A stretch of 37,877 nucleotides of DNA from the sequence record DRR723986_5313. One strand, written 5' to 3'. The notes beneath the pieces were generated by a model. The model did not search any database. It was not told the DNA's origin and saw only the letters and a list, made by a program, of their open reading frames with translations. This document shows positions 1-9,380 of this stretch, piece by piece; within the stretch, counting starts at the first letter, position 1; the number at the start of each line of letters is the position of its first letter. Position numbers and translations under genes: made by a program.

Positions 1-681
1 CATCCGGTTAAGCTTAGGCGTAACGCGCAAGCCAAAAAGATGGTGTTGCGGGTTGATGCCTTATCAGGCGAGATCAAACTGACAGCGCCGCCGCACGTCT
101 CAGGCCGCGCGCTTCAGAAATTTTTAGATGAAAATAATGGTTGGCTCATGACCGAGCGAGCCAAAGTTGATGCGCGCCCACCAATTGAAGACGGTTCAAT
201 GGTGCCGCTTTCAGGTGTGCTGTACCGTGTTCATTTTGGTGACAAGCCGCCCCGCAAGGTGCGTGTATTGGACGGCGAAATTTATGTTGGTGGCCCGGTT
301 GACCAAGCTCCCGCCCGGCTTTTGTGCTGGCTTAAGGCTCAGGCGAAAGAGCAACTAACCGCCGACGCGCAGCATTATGCAGATATCTTGCAGGTGCAAT
401 TTAAGCGGGTCAGTATCGGCGATATGAAAAGTCGATGGGGTAGCTGTTCCAGCAGTGGCACCCTCAGGTTCAACTGGCGCCTTATTATGGCAGAGCCCCG
501 TGTTCGTCAGTATGTTGCTGCACATGAGGTAGCCCATATTCTTGAAATGAATCACTCAGATCGTTTTTGGCAACATGTGGAACGATGTATGCCTACCTAT
601 AAAGCTGAGCGAAAATGGTTAAAAGCGAAAGGCCATAGTTTGATGCAAATTCGGTTTAATCCGTCCCAAACAATCGGCTAA
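1..681 (+). CDS. M48/YgjP-like zinc metallopeptidase (SprT-like, DUF45), 5'-truncated by window edge
   Basis: Frame is open from base 1 (HPVKLRRNAQAKKMVLRVD...). It has the RWGSCS motif, HEVAH (HExxH) and NHSDRFW, typical of the YgjP/DUF45 family. Confidence 0.85.
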   Translation, partial: HPVKLRRNAQAKKMVLRVDALSGEIKLTAPPHVSGRALQKFLDENNGWLMTERAKVDARPPIEDGSMVPLSGVLYRVHFGDKPPRKVRVLDGEIYVGGPVDQAPARLLCWLKAQAKEQLTADAQHYADILQVQFKRVSIGDMKSRWGSCSSSGTLRFNWRLIMAEPRVRQYVAAHEVAHILEMNHSDRFWQHVERCMPTYKAERKWLKAKGHSLMQIRFNPSQTIG

Positions 682-2614
682 ACAGACTTTTTTTCTTCTT
701 TTTTGGCTCTTGCGACGGCGTTTTATTCGGGACGGCTGCTACAAGCGGGTTTGGTCGCTGGTTTGTCGCAGCCGCGCTGTATATGCTGGCGTCCGCTAAA
801 AGAGGTCGCACGGGTAAAGTGGCGTGTGCTTCGGTCATAAAGTCTCGCCAAATGCGTGCGGGCAAACCGCCCCCGGTTACGTTTTTCATTGGTGTGCCGT
901 CATCGTTGCCTACCCATACCGCGGCGGTCATGTCGCTGGTAAAACCGGCAAAAACCGCATCGCGGTTGTCTTGCGACGTGCCTGATTTGCCAGCCGCGGG
1001 TCTGGCCAGCGCGGCATTTTTGCCCGATCCCCATTTTACAACACTGGTCAACATTTGGGACATGTCTTCAACTACATCACTGCGCAGAACGGTGTAGGGT
1101 GGCGCGGCGGCGCGCCGGAACAAGACTTCGCCCTCAAGGGTTGCGATCTCAACAATACTGTATGGCTCGGCAGCATGGCCACCGTTGGCAACAGCGGCGT
1201 ACCCACTGGTTAGTTCCAGTAGGCGCACTTCTTCTGTCCCCAGCGGTAAGCTTGGGACAGCACTGATATTAGATTTTATGCCAAGCCTTTTGGCCACTGT
1301 GGCGGCTTTTTCGCGGCCAACTTCTTCTGATATCTGTACAGCAATTGTATTAATAGAGCGGGCGAAGGCCTCTTGCAGGCTCATTTCACCGTTGAACTTG
1401 CCGCTGTAATTTTTTGGTGCCCAGTCTTCAACCACGGTGGCCCTGTCTACATATCGGTCTGAGGGCCTTTTACCAGCCTCCATCGCAGCAATATATGTGA
1501 ATAGTTTAAAGGCAGAGCCGGGCTGTCGCCGCGCTTGGGTTGCCCTATTATATTGGCTTTCACCGTAATCTCTGCCACCCACCATGGCCCGAACAGCTCC
1601 GTCATGATCAATGGCGACCAGCGCGCCCTGCGTGGCACCGCTGGCTTTCCCTTCGCCGCTTAAACCGCGTTCCACTGCCATATTCGCGGCGCGTTGCACA
1701 CTGGGGTCAAGGGTCGTAAAAATGAGTAAAGATTTACCGCGTGCATTTGGGGCCAGGCGTCTGGCCTCACTTTCAACCCAGTCTGTAAAAAACCGGATGT
1801 TTCGGCCGGCAACACTGGCCTTGATCGCAGGTGGCTGCTCACGAATTTTATCTGCGGCGGCTTGTGACAAAGCACCGGTGGCCGCCATGGCTGTCAAAAC
1901 GATTTGCCCGCGTTCCCATGCGCCTTTGGGGTTAATATGCGGTGCCAGCCGCGAGGGGGCTTTCACAAGCCCGGCAATAATCGCCGATTCTGCCACAGAC
2001 ATATTGACCGCTGAATGACCAAAGAATTTACGAGAAGCGGCATCGATGCCGTAAGCGCCCCCGCCAAAATACACCCGGTTTAAATAAAGAGTTAAAATCT
2101 GTTCTTTGGAAAATTTTTGTTCCAGCCAAAGCGCCAGCAAAAGCTCTTGCGCTTTTCGCTTTATGGTGCGGTCGCTGGATAGAAACAGGTTTTTGGCCAG
2201 CTGCTGGGTTATGGTGCTGCCACCGGCACGTACACCGCCCGCCTGCACATTGGCCCAAACGGCGCGCATTAGGCCTTTGGCATCAACACCGCCGTGTTTG
2301 AAAAAGTTGCGGTCTTCCACAGCGACAAAAGCGTTTATCAATGCGCGCGGCGTTTGCTCAAAGGTAATCCAGTCACCATAAATAGGCCCGCGACGCACCA
2401 GTGTGGCCCCGTTTACCGCTTTCACGACAACCGCTGTGTCCTTGCTGCCCGCCGCTGGCAGATTTTCCAGGTCGGGAAGTTCAAGCGACAAATAGGCAAT
2501 CAGCACAATACCAATAATGGTTGACCAAACGCCCACAACAGCGCCGCCATATATAATACGGCGCAAGAGCGGCTTCTTCTTGTCCTTGAAGCTAAGTGTG
2601 TCCTTTTTGGCCAT
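656..2614 (-). CDS. Class A penicillin-binding protein (PBP1A family; transglycosylase + transpeptidase)
   Basis: N-terminal TM helix. GT51 motifs EDRNFFKHGG, GGSTITQQLAK, RKAQE and YLN. Transpeptidase motifs SAFK, SIN and KSGT. Start placed at ATG 2614; GTG 2632 is the alternative. Confidence 0.92.
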   Translation of the reverse strand: MAKKDTLSFKDKKKPLLRRIIYGGAVVGVWSTIIGIVLIAYLSLELPDLENLPAAGSKDTAVVVKAVNGATLVRRGPIYGDWITFEQTPRALINAFVAVEDRNFFKHGGVDAKGLMRAVWANVQAGGVRAGGSTITQQLAKNLFLSSDRTIKRKAQELLLALWLEQKFSKEQILTLYLNRVYFGGGAYGIDAASRKFFGHSAVNMSVAESAIIAGLVKAPSRLAPHINPKGAWERGQIVLTAMAATGALSQAAADKIREQPPAIKASVAGRNIRFFTDWVESEARRLAPNARGKSLLIFTTLDPSVQRAANMAVERGLSGEGKASGATQGALVAIDHDGAVRAMVGGRDYGESQYNRATQARRQPGSAFKLFTYIAAMEAGKRPSDRYVDRATVVEDWAPKNYSGKFNGEMSLQEAFARSINTIAVQISEEVGREKAATVAKRLGIKSNISAVPSLPLGTEEVRLLELTSGYAAVANGGHAAEPYSIVEIATLEGEVLFRRAAAPPYTVLRSDVVEDMSQMLTSVVKWGSGKNAALARPAAGKSGTSQDNRDAVFAGFTSDMTAAVWVGNDDGTPMKNVTGGGLPARIWRDFMTEAHATLPVRPLLADASIYSAAATNQRPNPLVAAVPNKTPSQEPKKKKKSLFSRLFGTD

Positions 2615-2723
2615 TGGTATCTCTGTTGTCACATGTGGAAGCTGGGCTCAGTTCTTACCATGATCTGGAAATGAGGCAAAGTTGTGAGCCAGATAAAGTG
2701 AACATCGCTATTTTTATTCATAC

Positions 2724-2753
2724 TTGTTAATTACCGAACGTTTGGTCTATAAC
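2724..2753 (+). promoter_or_regulatory. Putative sigma70 promoter of the TetR gene with an operator-like palindrome between -35 and -10
   Basis: TTGTTA (2724-2729), 18 bp spacer, TATAAC (2748-2753). Imperfect palindrome ACCGAAC/GTTTGGT at 2733-2746. Confidence 0.55.
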
Positions 2754-2778
2754 TATGTAATGTGATAGAAAGGTTTAT

Positions 2779-3351
2779 ATGGCACGCCCGGCGACATTTT
2801 CAAAATCAGCGTTATTGGCCAAGCTAACGGGTGTGTTTCGCCAGTCCGGCTATGACGGCGCCAGCATGGCGGACCTGTCAAAAGCAACGGGCCTGTCCAA
2901 GGCCAGCCTGTATCATCACTTTCCGCGCGGCAAAGCCGAAATGGCTGCCAATGTTATGGCCGAGGAGGGTAAACGATTGCAGCAATTGGTGCTTGCCCCG
3001 CTTGGGAATAATGAAAATCCGCTAAGGGCGCTGCAAAATAGCATGAACGGTGTTGCTGAATTTTATACTGGTGATGTGCCGCGGTGCCTTATGAACAGTA
3101 TTTTGCTCGGCTCGGGGGAGGCGTTGTTCAGGCAGGATATTTTAGCGGCGATAACAGCATGGACCAAGTTATTGGCTGATGCCTATGAAATGGCGGGAGC
3201 CCCAGGCGACGAGGCACAGGCGTGGGCTGCTTATGCACTGGAGCGTATACAAGGGGCACTGATTGTATGCCGGGTTACTTCCAGCAGAAATGCTTTGGAA
3301 CAATGCCTTGATGAACTGCGCGGCGATATTGCCGCTACCGCAAGCGCCTGA
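2779..3351 (+). CDS. TetR/AcrR family transcriptional regulator (NemR/LmrA-like)
   Basis: N-terminal HTH 'FRQSGYDGASMADLSKATGLSKASLYHHFPRGK'; 190 aa; SD-like AAGG upstream. Confidence 0.92.
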   Translation: MARPATFSKSALLAKLTGVFRQSGYDGASMADLSKATGLSKASLYHHFPRGKAEMAANVMAEEGKRLQQLVLAPLGNNENPLRALQNSMNGVAEFYTGDVPRCLMNSILLGSGEALFRQDILAAITAWTKLLADAYEMAGAPGDEAQAWAAYALERIQGALIVCRVTSSRNALEQCLDELRGDIAATASA

Positions 3352-3482
3352 AACGCTCTTTTCTCAGTTTTATCGTATTTATCTCCCTTATTTAGCGTTG
3401 GATTAGTGTCGATTAAGGTCGTTTTTGCTTGACCTTTTGGCCCGCGCACACCAAATGGAGCCTAAATAGGAAGGATTTAGTC

Positions 3483-4043
3483 ATGTTTATAGAAACCGAA
3501 GGTACGCCTAACCCGGACACACTTAAGTTTTTGCCGGGACAATCCTTGATCCAAGAGGGTACGGCAAACTTTAACAACCCAGATAGCGCTGAGGCTTCGC
3601 CTTTGGCGATGGCTATGTTCGCCATTCAAGGTGTCACCGGTGTTTTTATTGGATATGACTTTATCACCATCACCAAAGCCACAGAAGAAGATTGGGACGT
3701 CCTTAAGCCTAACGTTCTGGCAAGCCTGATGCAATTTTTTGCCTCTGGCGCGCCAATTTTAACTGTTACCGACCAGCCCGTTGCAGCCACCATGGATGAA
3801 GACGAGGCAGACGCCGATATTATTGAACAGATCAAAACAATTTTGGACGAGAAAGTACGCCCGGCTGTTGCGGGTGACGGCGGTGATATAATCTATCACG
3901 GCTTTCAGGAAGGTGTTGTGTACCTGCAAATGCAAGGCGCTTGTGCGGGCTGCCCAAGTTCAACCATTACTTTGAAGCATGGCATTGAAAACTTGCTAAA
4001 ATATTATGTGCCTGAAGTTGTTGATGTGCGCGCTATCGAATAA
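3483..4043 (+). CDS. nfuA: NifU/NfuA-type Fe-S cluster carrier (Nfu_N + NifU-C)
   Basis: MFIETEGTPNPDTLKF N-terminus and GACAGCPSS (CxxC) C-terminal domain. ATG 3483 follows an AGGAAGG SD-like sequence. Confidence 0.9.
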   Translation: MFIETEGTPNPDTLKFLPGQSLIQEGTANFNNPDSAEASPLAMAMFAIQGVTGVFIGYDFITITKATEEDWDVLKPNVLASLMQFFASGAPILTVTDQPVAATMDEDEADADIIEQIKTILDEKVRPAVAGDGGDIIYHGFQEGVVYLQMQGACAGCPSSTITLKHGIENLLKYYVPEVVDVRAIE

Positions 4044-4246
4044 AGGTTTGCCCGACGAACCGTTCAACACCAATATTAAAGTGCCCAGCATATCTACTTA
4101 TACAAGACTGCCGGTAAACTAAGAGCACCATGTTGTTCAAAATTGTACGGATGGCATAACCATTCTCATGATGCAAGCATTGATACTTATATTATACAAT
4201 GTTATATCCTAGCAGATAAATAACAATATTTGCTTGAGAGATATTC

Positions 4247-4990
4247 ATGAAACTTGTGTCGCGGGCTATTAAAAACATCGGCTTAATAGCCGTGTTACTA
4301 TTGTTTTCTTCATATGCCGCCATAGCCTCTAATGAGACCCGCGTATCATTTGAAAGTGATGGATGGGAGATTGTTGGCAGCTTGCATGTACCCGAAAGCG
4401 CTACTCGTCCGCCGGTTGTTATCATGCTTCATACCATGTGGAGAGGCAATCGAAGCGAATATGATGATTTGGCAAAGACAATGGGTGAGAAGGGCATTGC
4501 GTCATTGCGCATTGATTTGCGTGGACACGGTGAAAGTATCAATAAAGGTAAGCTTGAATATTTGGCCATAGTGCCGGAATTAGTTTTTGATGCTTGGCCC
4601 GATGTGGCTGCCGCAAAAGAGTTTCTTGAAAATCGCGAAGATGTTGATGCTAGCAGGCTTGGAATTTTGTCTGCAAGCTATAGCGGTGAAATTGCGGCCA
4701 AAGCAGGCCGCAATGGCGGTTATGCAGATGCTTATGGTGTACTGGCCTCGGGCTTCTTGAGTTTGGAATCAGTTTTCCGTATGCAGATTGCGGAGGTCCC
4801 GTTTTTGTTCGTTTTCGCTGAAGATGACCATACCTGGGCGCCCAAAATGGCCGAATTTATTACTAAACGTAAGTTCGGCGAATTATGGACATACAAGGAA
4901 GGGGGGCACGCAACAGCGTTGCTTGATAGCCAGCCCCAGCTTCCAGCTCGATTGACGAATTGGTTTAAGAAGAAATTGTCGCATGAATAG
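4247..4990 (+). CDS. Exported alpha/beta-hydrolase (dienelactone hydrolase-like)
   Basis: Signal-peptide-like N-terminus, 'IDLRGHGES', nucleophile elbow SASYS, and candidate Asp (AEDD) and His (GGHAT). Confidence 0.75.
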   Translation: MKLVSRAIKNIGLIAVLLLFSSYAAIASNETRVSFESDGWEIVGSLHVPESATRPPVVIMLHTMWRGNRSEYDDLAKTMGEKGIASLRIDLRGHGESINKGKLEYLAIVPELVFDAWPDVAAAKEFLENREDVDASRLGILSASYSGEIAAKAGRNGGYADAYGVLASGFLSLESVFRMQIAEVPFLFVFAEDDHTWAPKMAEFITKRKFGELWTYKEGGHATALLDSQPQLPARLTNWFKKKLSHE

Positions 4991-5441
4991 GTTCCTCATA
5001 TCTATTTTAGTTGTGTCGTTTTTTTCGGCACAAACTATTGCGGACGATTTGTCAGACTTGAAAATTGCTTCCGATCAATGGTGGAATTTATGGGTGCCTG
5101 CCGAAACCGCTGACCTAGACTTAGCAGGCATTCTGGAAGGCGACGCTGTTGGCTTTGGTTTTTTTGGTCAAGACTTAAGAAAGATTGATGATGTTCAAGC
5201 TTGGAAACAAAGGATGCGCACCTGGTTAGACACCTTGGAAAAACTGGAATATAGCCATATTGACCGCACATTTGATATCGTTGGTGGTACAGGCTTGGAG
5301 TGGGGCTTTTACCATGAACGGCAGGTCAAAAAAGGCGGAGAAGTGCGCCGTGATCATAAAGGGCGTTATACAATGACATGGGTTAAAACGGCAGAAGGCT
5401 GGCGTATTGCCTCTTATCATAGGTCAGCAATGCCTGAATAG
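4983..5441 (+). CDS. Exported NTF2/SnoaL-like (DUF4440-type) protein
   Basis: Signal peptide; C-terminal 'GRYTMTWVKTAEGWRIASYHRS' typical of the NTF2-like fold; overlaps the upstream gene by 8 bp. Confidence 0.7.
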   Translation: MNRFLISILVVSFFSAQTIADDLSDLKIASDQWWNLWVPAETADLDLAGILEGDAVGFGFFGQDLRKIDDVQAWKQRMRTWLDTLEKLEYSHIDRTFDIVGGTGLEWGFYHERQVKKGGEVRRDHKGRYTMTWVKTAEGWRIASYHRSAMPE

Positions 5442-5517
5442 TTTGTTAATTTTTTTAGCTAAACTTTTCATTTGTGAAGCATTTAATGCTGGCGAGGTTA
5501 ATTCACCATGAGGTGTT

Positions 5518-6558
5518 TTAGTCAAGCGCACCGCCTGGCACATAAAAGAACCGGCCCAGCCAATACCAGCGTCCGCCGCCAGCGGGCATGGTGCAGTTAA
5601 TGCGGTTGCGCCCTCTTGGAAATGGTTCTTCAAACCGCACTTCTACCCGGTTGTTGTTCAAGCGAACAAGCTCTGCTGCTTTGCCTAAGTGGCTAGGATA
5701 GCATGCCATAGCAGACAAGCCGCGCACGGTACTGTCCACGGTAAAACCAAAAACCGGTGGGTTTCGGTCATCAAAAATGACCGGGTTAATCGGGGCTATA
5801 TCTTCTATAGGCAAAGCGAGCGTGCCGACAATAAGCCGAAACCTGTCCATGCCACCAAAGCGCTCATTAATAGGAAAGCGTGGCAAGGCATAAGAGTCGC
5901 TCCAATGGGCCACGGGTCCAGAATATTGGCTAAAGGCGGCTGTGTAGCCTGACTCCCGGATCTCAGTTTCCAGTTCCGGGTCATATTCGCCGTAAGGGTA
6001 GGCAAACAGGGGTGGTACAGCGCCGAGTTCTGCCTCAAAGCGTGCAGATGCACTCGCTATATCTGCCTTTGATGTTTCCAGCCCACCGTAAATCATATGC
6101 AGGTGCGATGCTGTATGGTGTCCAATTTCAACACCTTCGGTTTGAAGCTGGCGAATGTCATTCCAAGACATATAGTTGGGGTTGCCTTCATCAACCGGGT
6201 CCGTAGACACAAAAAGCGTCATGGGCAGGCCAGCAGCTTTCAGGCGCGGCCATCCGTCAGTGAGGACAGACTTGTAGGCATCATCCACGGTTATTGCCAC
6301 GGTCTTTTCAGCAAAGGGTTCTTTGGCTTTTTGCCGCCGCACAACTTCTGACAAGGGCACCACTGTGTATCCACCGCTAACAAGCTCGGCTATATGCGCT
6401 TCAAATTGCTCAAGTTTTATATTGGTTGTAGGCAAGCTGTCTTCACCGAACCGATGATATAAAAGAACCACGGCGGACTTTTCATCTGCCGCCACGTTCA
6501 ACGATGATACGCTGATGATAAAGAGCGAGACAAAAATGCTGATCAATGATTGATACAT
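5518..6558 (-). CDS. Periplasmic polysaccharide deacetylase (CE4/NodB domain)
   Basis: Motifs LLYH, ITVDDAY, HHTASH, FAYPYGE and LPRF; signal peptide. Start ATG 6558 is preceded by AGGAGG. Confidence 0.88.
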   Translation of the reverse strand: MYQSLISIFVSLFIISVSSLNVAADEKSAVVLLYHRFGEDSLPTTNIKLEQFEAHIAELVSGGYTVVPLSEVVRRQKAKEPFAEKTVAITVDDAYKSVLTDGWPRLKAAGLPMTLFVSTDPVDEGNPNYMSWNDIRQLQTEGVEIGHHTASHLHMIYGGLETSKADIASASARFEAELGAVPPLFAYPYGEYDPELETEIRESGYTAAFSQYSGPVAHWSDSYALPRFPINERFGGMDRFRLIVGTLALPIEDIAPINPVIFDDRNPPVFGFTVDSTVRGLSAMACYPSHLGKAAELVRLNNNRVEVRFEEPFPRGRNRINCTMPAGGGRWYWLGRFFYVPGGALD

Positions 6559-6734
6559 AAATGACCTCCTCATTATAAGTACGCGCTTATTTGCCAGATG
6601 AGCCCCACTGGCCCTCATGAGGCATGCGCTATTAGCTTGCCTTGTTTCTCTGCAAGTGGCAAGACGAACTCAAATTCGCGGCATAGGCGCAGCATGCCCT
6701 TGCTGTCAATATTGCCCCTATAAGGAGACCACCA

Positions 6735-7340
6735 GTGGCCGATTTTCCTTTTACAGCCCCTCTGACCGACAGTGCAATTGATCAGCTTTTTTTAGAAGCA
6801 CGCACTATTAACGTGTGGCGGAATAAACCGGTAAGCGACGCGCAGTTGCAGCGGTTGTATGATTTAACCAAAATGGCTCCAACCAGCGCCAATTGTAGCC
6901 CGGCGCGATTTCATTTTGTGAAGTCTGATGCTGCAAAGGCGCGCTTAAAACCGCATTTGATGGCAGGTAATGATGCCAAAATGATGCAAGCGCCGGTAAC
7001 TGTTATCATTGCCAATGATCAAAATTTTGCAGAGCAATTACCAAATTTATTTCCCCATGATTTGAGCGCAAAAGACTGGTTTGCTGACCCGGATGTAGCC
7101 GCTATTACGGCGATGCGGAACGGTACGTTACAGGGTGCTTACCTGATGATGGCAGCCCGCGCGCTTGGTTTGCATTGCGGGCCTATGTCCGGGTTTGATA
7201 ATGCGGCGGTTGATGAAGAGTTTTTTACAGGCACAGGTCTGAAATCTAACTTCATATGTGCGCTGGGGTATGGCTCTACGGACAATATATTCCCGCGCAG
7301 CCCGCGGCTGGCCTTTGATGAAGCCGCAGCGATTTTGTAA
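6735..7340 (+). CDS. rutE: Nitroreductase-family malonic semialdehyde reductase (RutE-like)
   Basis: LFLEART, APTSANCSPARF, LQGAYLMMAARALGL, CGPMSGF and FPRSPRL. GTG start after a TAAGGAG SD. Confidence 0.85.
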   Translation: MADFPFTAPLTDSAIDQLFLEARTINVWRNKPVSDAQLQRLYDLTKMAPTSANCSPARFHFVKSDAAKARLKPHLMAGNDAKMMQAPVTVIIANDQNFAEQLPNLFPHDLSAKDWFADPDVAAITAMRNGTLQGAYLMMAARALGLHCGPMSGFDNAAVDEEFFTGTGLKSNFICALGYGSTDNIFPRSPRLAFDEAAAIL

Positions 7341-7360
7341 GAAAACGTTGGGACCACCCC

Positions 7361-8035
7361 ATGACACTTATTGCCATAGACACCAGCGAAAGTGCTTGCA
7401 GCGTTGCCTTCATCAGCGGCCACAAGGTTATTGACAGCAAAAGTGAAATTATTGGTCGGGGCCATGCCGAGCGCTTATTGCCGCTAATTCAAGAACGTCT
7501 GGAATGTGCGGGGTTAACCTATGCTGATTTGACCCGCATTGCTGTGACAACCGGGCCTGGTACTTTCACGGGCCTGCGCATCGGCCTTGCTGTGGCGCGG
7601 GGGTTGGCGTTGCAGGGTAACATACCGTGTATCGGGCTAACCGGCCTGCAGGTACTGGCGGGCTATGCTGCCAAAAAAACATCTGGTTCAAATATCTATG
7701 CCATTATTGCGGGCCGGGGCGGACAGGCATTTGTTCAAAAATATCAAGGCGATGAGGTCCCCGGTGTATCTGGGGCGGCCGCGAATCTGGATTTGGATGA
7801 AATTATCAAAATGGTACAAGCCAAGCCGGGCGTAGTTATCAGCACGTCTAAGGAGATTAGAGATCAATTTGCTCATATGGGCTGCGAGATAATTTCTACG
7901 GAAGCAATTGATGTTGCCACCTTGGGCTTGATGGCAAGCAGCCTTGACCCCGCGCTTTATCCGCCTGAGCCCACTTATTTCCGCGCAGCAGACGCTGCGA
8001 AGGCCAAACCTATTTTGCCGGTTGCGCCGCTTTGA
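7361..8035 (+). CDS. tsaB: tRNA t6A biosynthesis protein TsaB
   Basis: IAIDTS, HAERLLP and GPGTFTGLRIG motifs; lies upstream of rimI. Confidence 0.92.
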   Translation: MTLIAIDTSESACSVAFISGHKVIDSKSEIIGRGHAERLLPLIQERLECAGLTYADLTRIAVTTGPGTFTGLRIGLAVARGLALQGNIPCIGLTGLQVLAGYAAKKTSGSNIYAIIAGRGGQAFVQKYQGDEVPGVSGAAANLDLDEIIKMVQAKPGVVISTSKEIRDQFAHMGCEIISTEAIDVATLGLMASSLDPALYPPEPTYFRAADAAKAKPILPVAPL

Positions 8036-8520
8036 AGCTAACTGACATATCGTTTGGCGACATTCAGATTGTAGACCAAGCACCTGAAACCTTGTTGATG
8101 CTGGCCGCGCAACTTCATGAAAAGGCCTTTAAAAAGCTTGACCAAAAAGGATGGAGTGCCGCCCAAATTAGTGCCAGCCTAGACCAACCCGGCTGTCATC
8201 TCGTCCTTGTCAGTGTTAATGAAAATATTGCGGGGTTTGCCCTCTATAAAACTGTGCTGGGTGAAACAGAGTTATTCACCCTTGCGGTAGATCCGGCGTA
8301 TCAGCGTGCAGGCATAGCGTCTAGATTGCTGAAGACGATTATACACCGATTGCAAGAAGCAGAGAGTGTATCGTTTTTTTTGGAAGTACGCTGCGACAAC
8401 ACCAGTGCTATTGCTTGCTATGAAAAACTGGGGTTTGAGTTGATTGCGACACGCCAACATTATTACACTGACCATGCAGGCAATAAACTTGATGCGAGCA
8501 TCTATCGTTTGATGCTGTAA
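8032..8520 (+). CDS. rimI: Ribosomal-protein-alanine N-acetyltransferase (GNAT)
   Basis: LAVDPAYQRAGIA, FLEVRCDN, YEKLGF and RQHYY; conserved position after tsaB. Confidence 0.85.
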   Translation: MKLTDISFGDIQIVDQAPETLLMLAAQLHEKAFKKLDQKGWSAAQISASLDQPGCHLVLVSVNENIAGFALYKTVLGETELFTLAVDPAYQRAGIASRLLKTIIHRLQEAESVSFFLEVRCDNTSAIACYEKLGFELIATRQHYYTDHAGNKLDASIYRLML

Positions 8521-8526
8521 CGGCTG

Positions 8527-8778
8527 TTAGCGGCGCACGCGGATTGTCAGTATTTTTAGACTGATCTCACCTTCAGTGGTTGCCTCGTTACTGATGACGT
8601 CATGGCCAACACCTGTGGTTGATCGGGCAAGCGGTTCGTTTGCTGGTCTGTCTTCATATAGTACGCGCACGGTTTTGCCGTCGGGCATTTGATCTGCGAA
8701 CAGGCGCAGCTTAACAAAGGCCATCGGGCAATAGACACCCCTAAGGTCCAGATCAAAGTTTTGTGGTACATCGTTCAT
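8527..8778 (-). CDS. TusA/SirA-family sulfur-carrier protein
   Basis: LDLRGVYCPMAF (CPxP-like TusA motif). 83 aa from ATG 8778; the upstream extension in the ORF track is probably not translated. Confidence 0.8.
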   Translation of the reverse strand: MNDVPQNFDLDLRGVYCPMAFVKLRLFADQMPDGKTVRVLYEDRPANEPLARSTTGVGHDVISNEATTEGEISLKILTIRVRR

Positions 8779-8954
8779 GGTTAGTGACCATATGTGAAAA
8801 AGCGCAACAACAGCAAGGCTGTATAGCGAAGCGGAAATATCCTGCCGAATTCTTGCTCTTGCAATTCTTATATGGCATTGTCGGCCTTGCAATAGACGCA
8901 TCAGCAAAATGACAAGATCATTTCGTTGATAATTTCAGGGAGCAGCGGCGCGAT

Positions 8955-9380
8955 ATGCCTAACCGACAGCAAGACATCGAAAAATTATGCTTGGAAAAAG
9001 GTATGCGGATGACCGATCAACGCCGGGTTATTGCCCGCGTGTTGACCGATGCAACGGACCACCCTGATGTGGAGGAAGTTTACCGCCGTTCAACCGCTGT
9101 GGATAACGGCATTAGCATTGCGACCGTTTACCGAACAGTGCGCCTGTTTGAAGAGGCAGGCATACTGGAGCGACATGATTTCCGTGATGGTCGCTCGCGC
9201 TACGAACCCGCAACCGATGATCATCATGATCATTTAATCGACCTTGAAACCGGCGAAGTGCATGAGTTTCACAACGACGAAATTGAAAAGCTGCAGGAAG
9301 AGATAGCAAGGCGTCTCGGTTTTCGCCTTGTGGATCATCGTATGGAGCTATACGGCGTGCCGCTTGACAAAGAAAAGTAA
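8955..9380 (+). CDS. fur: Fur-family transcriptional regulator (Fur/Mur)
   Basis: RMTDQRRVI, DHPDVEEVY, ISIATVYRT and HHDHLID. Confidence 0.93.
   Translation: MPNRQQDIEKLCLEKGMRMTDQRRVIARVLTDATDHPDVEEVYRRSTAVDNGISIATVYRTVRLFEEAGILERHDFRDGRSRYEPATDDHHDHLIDLETGEVHEFHNDEIEKLQEEIARRLGFRLVDHRMELYGVPLDKEK

Noticed and set aside
656-681. 26-bp convergent overlap of the M48 peptidase and PBP1A genes
   Set aside because: Short tail-to-tail overlaps are common, and there is no evidence of function.
8850-8900. TTGCAAT repeats upstream of fur as a Fur/Mur box
   Set aside because: Spacing and symmetry do not give a convincing 19-bp palindrome.
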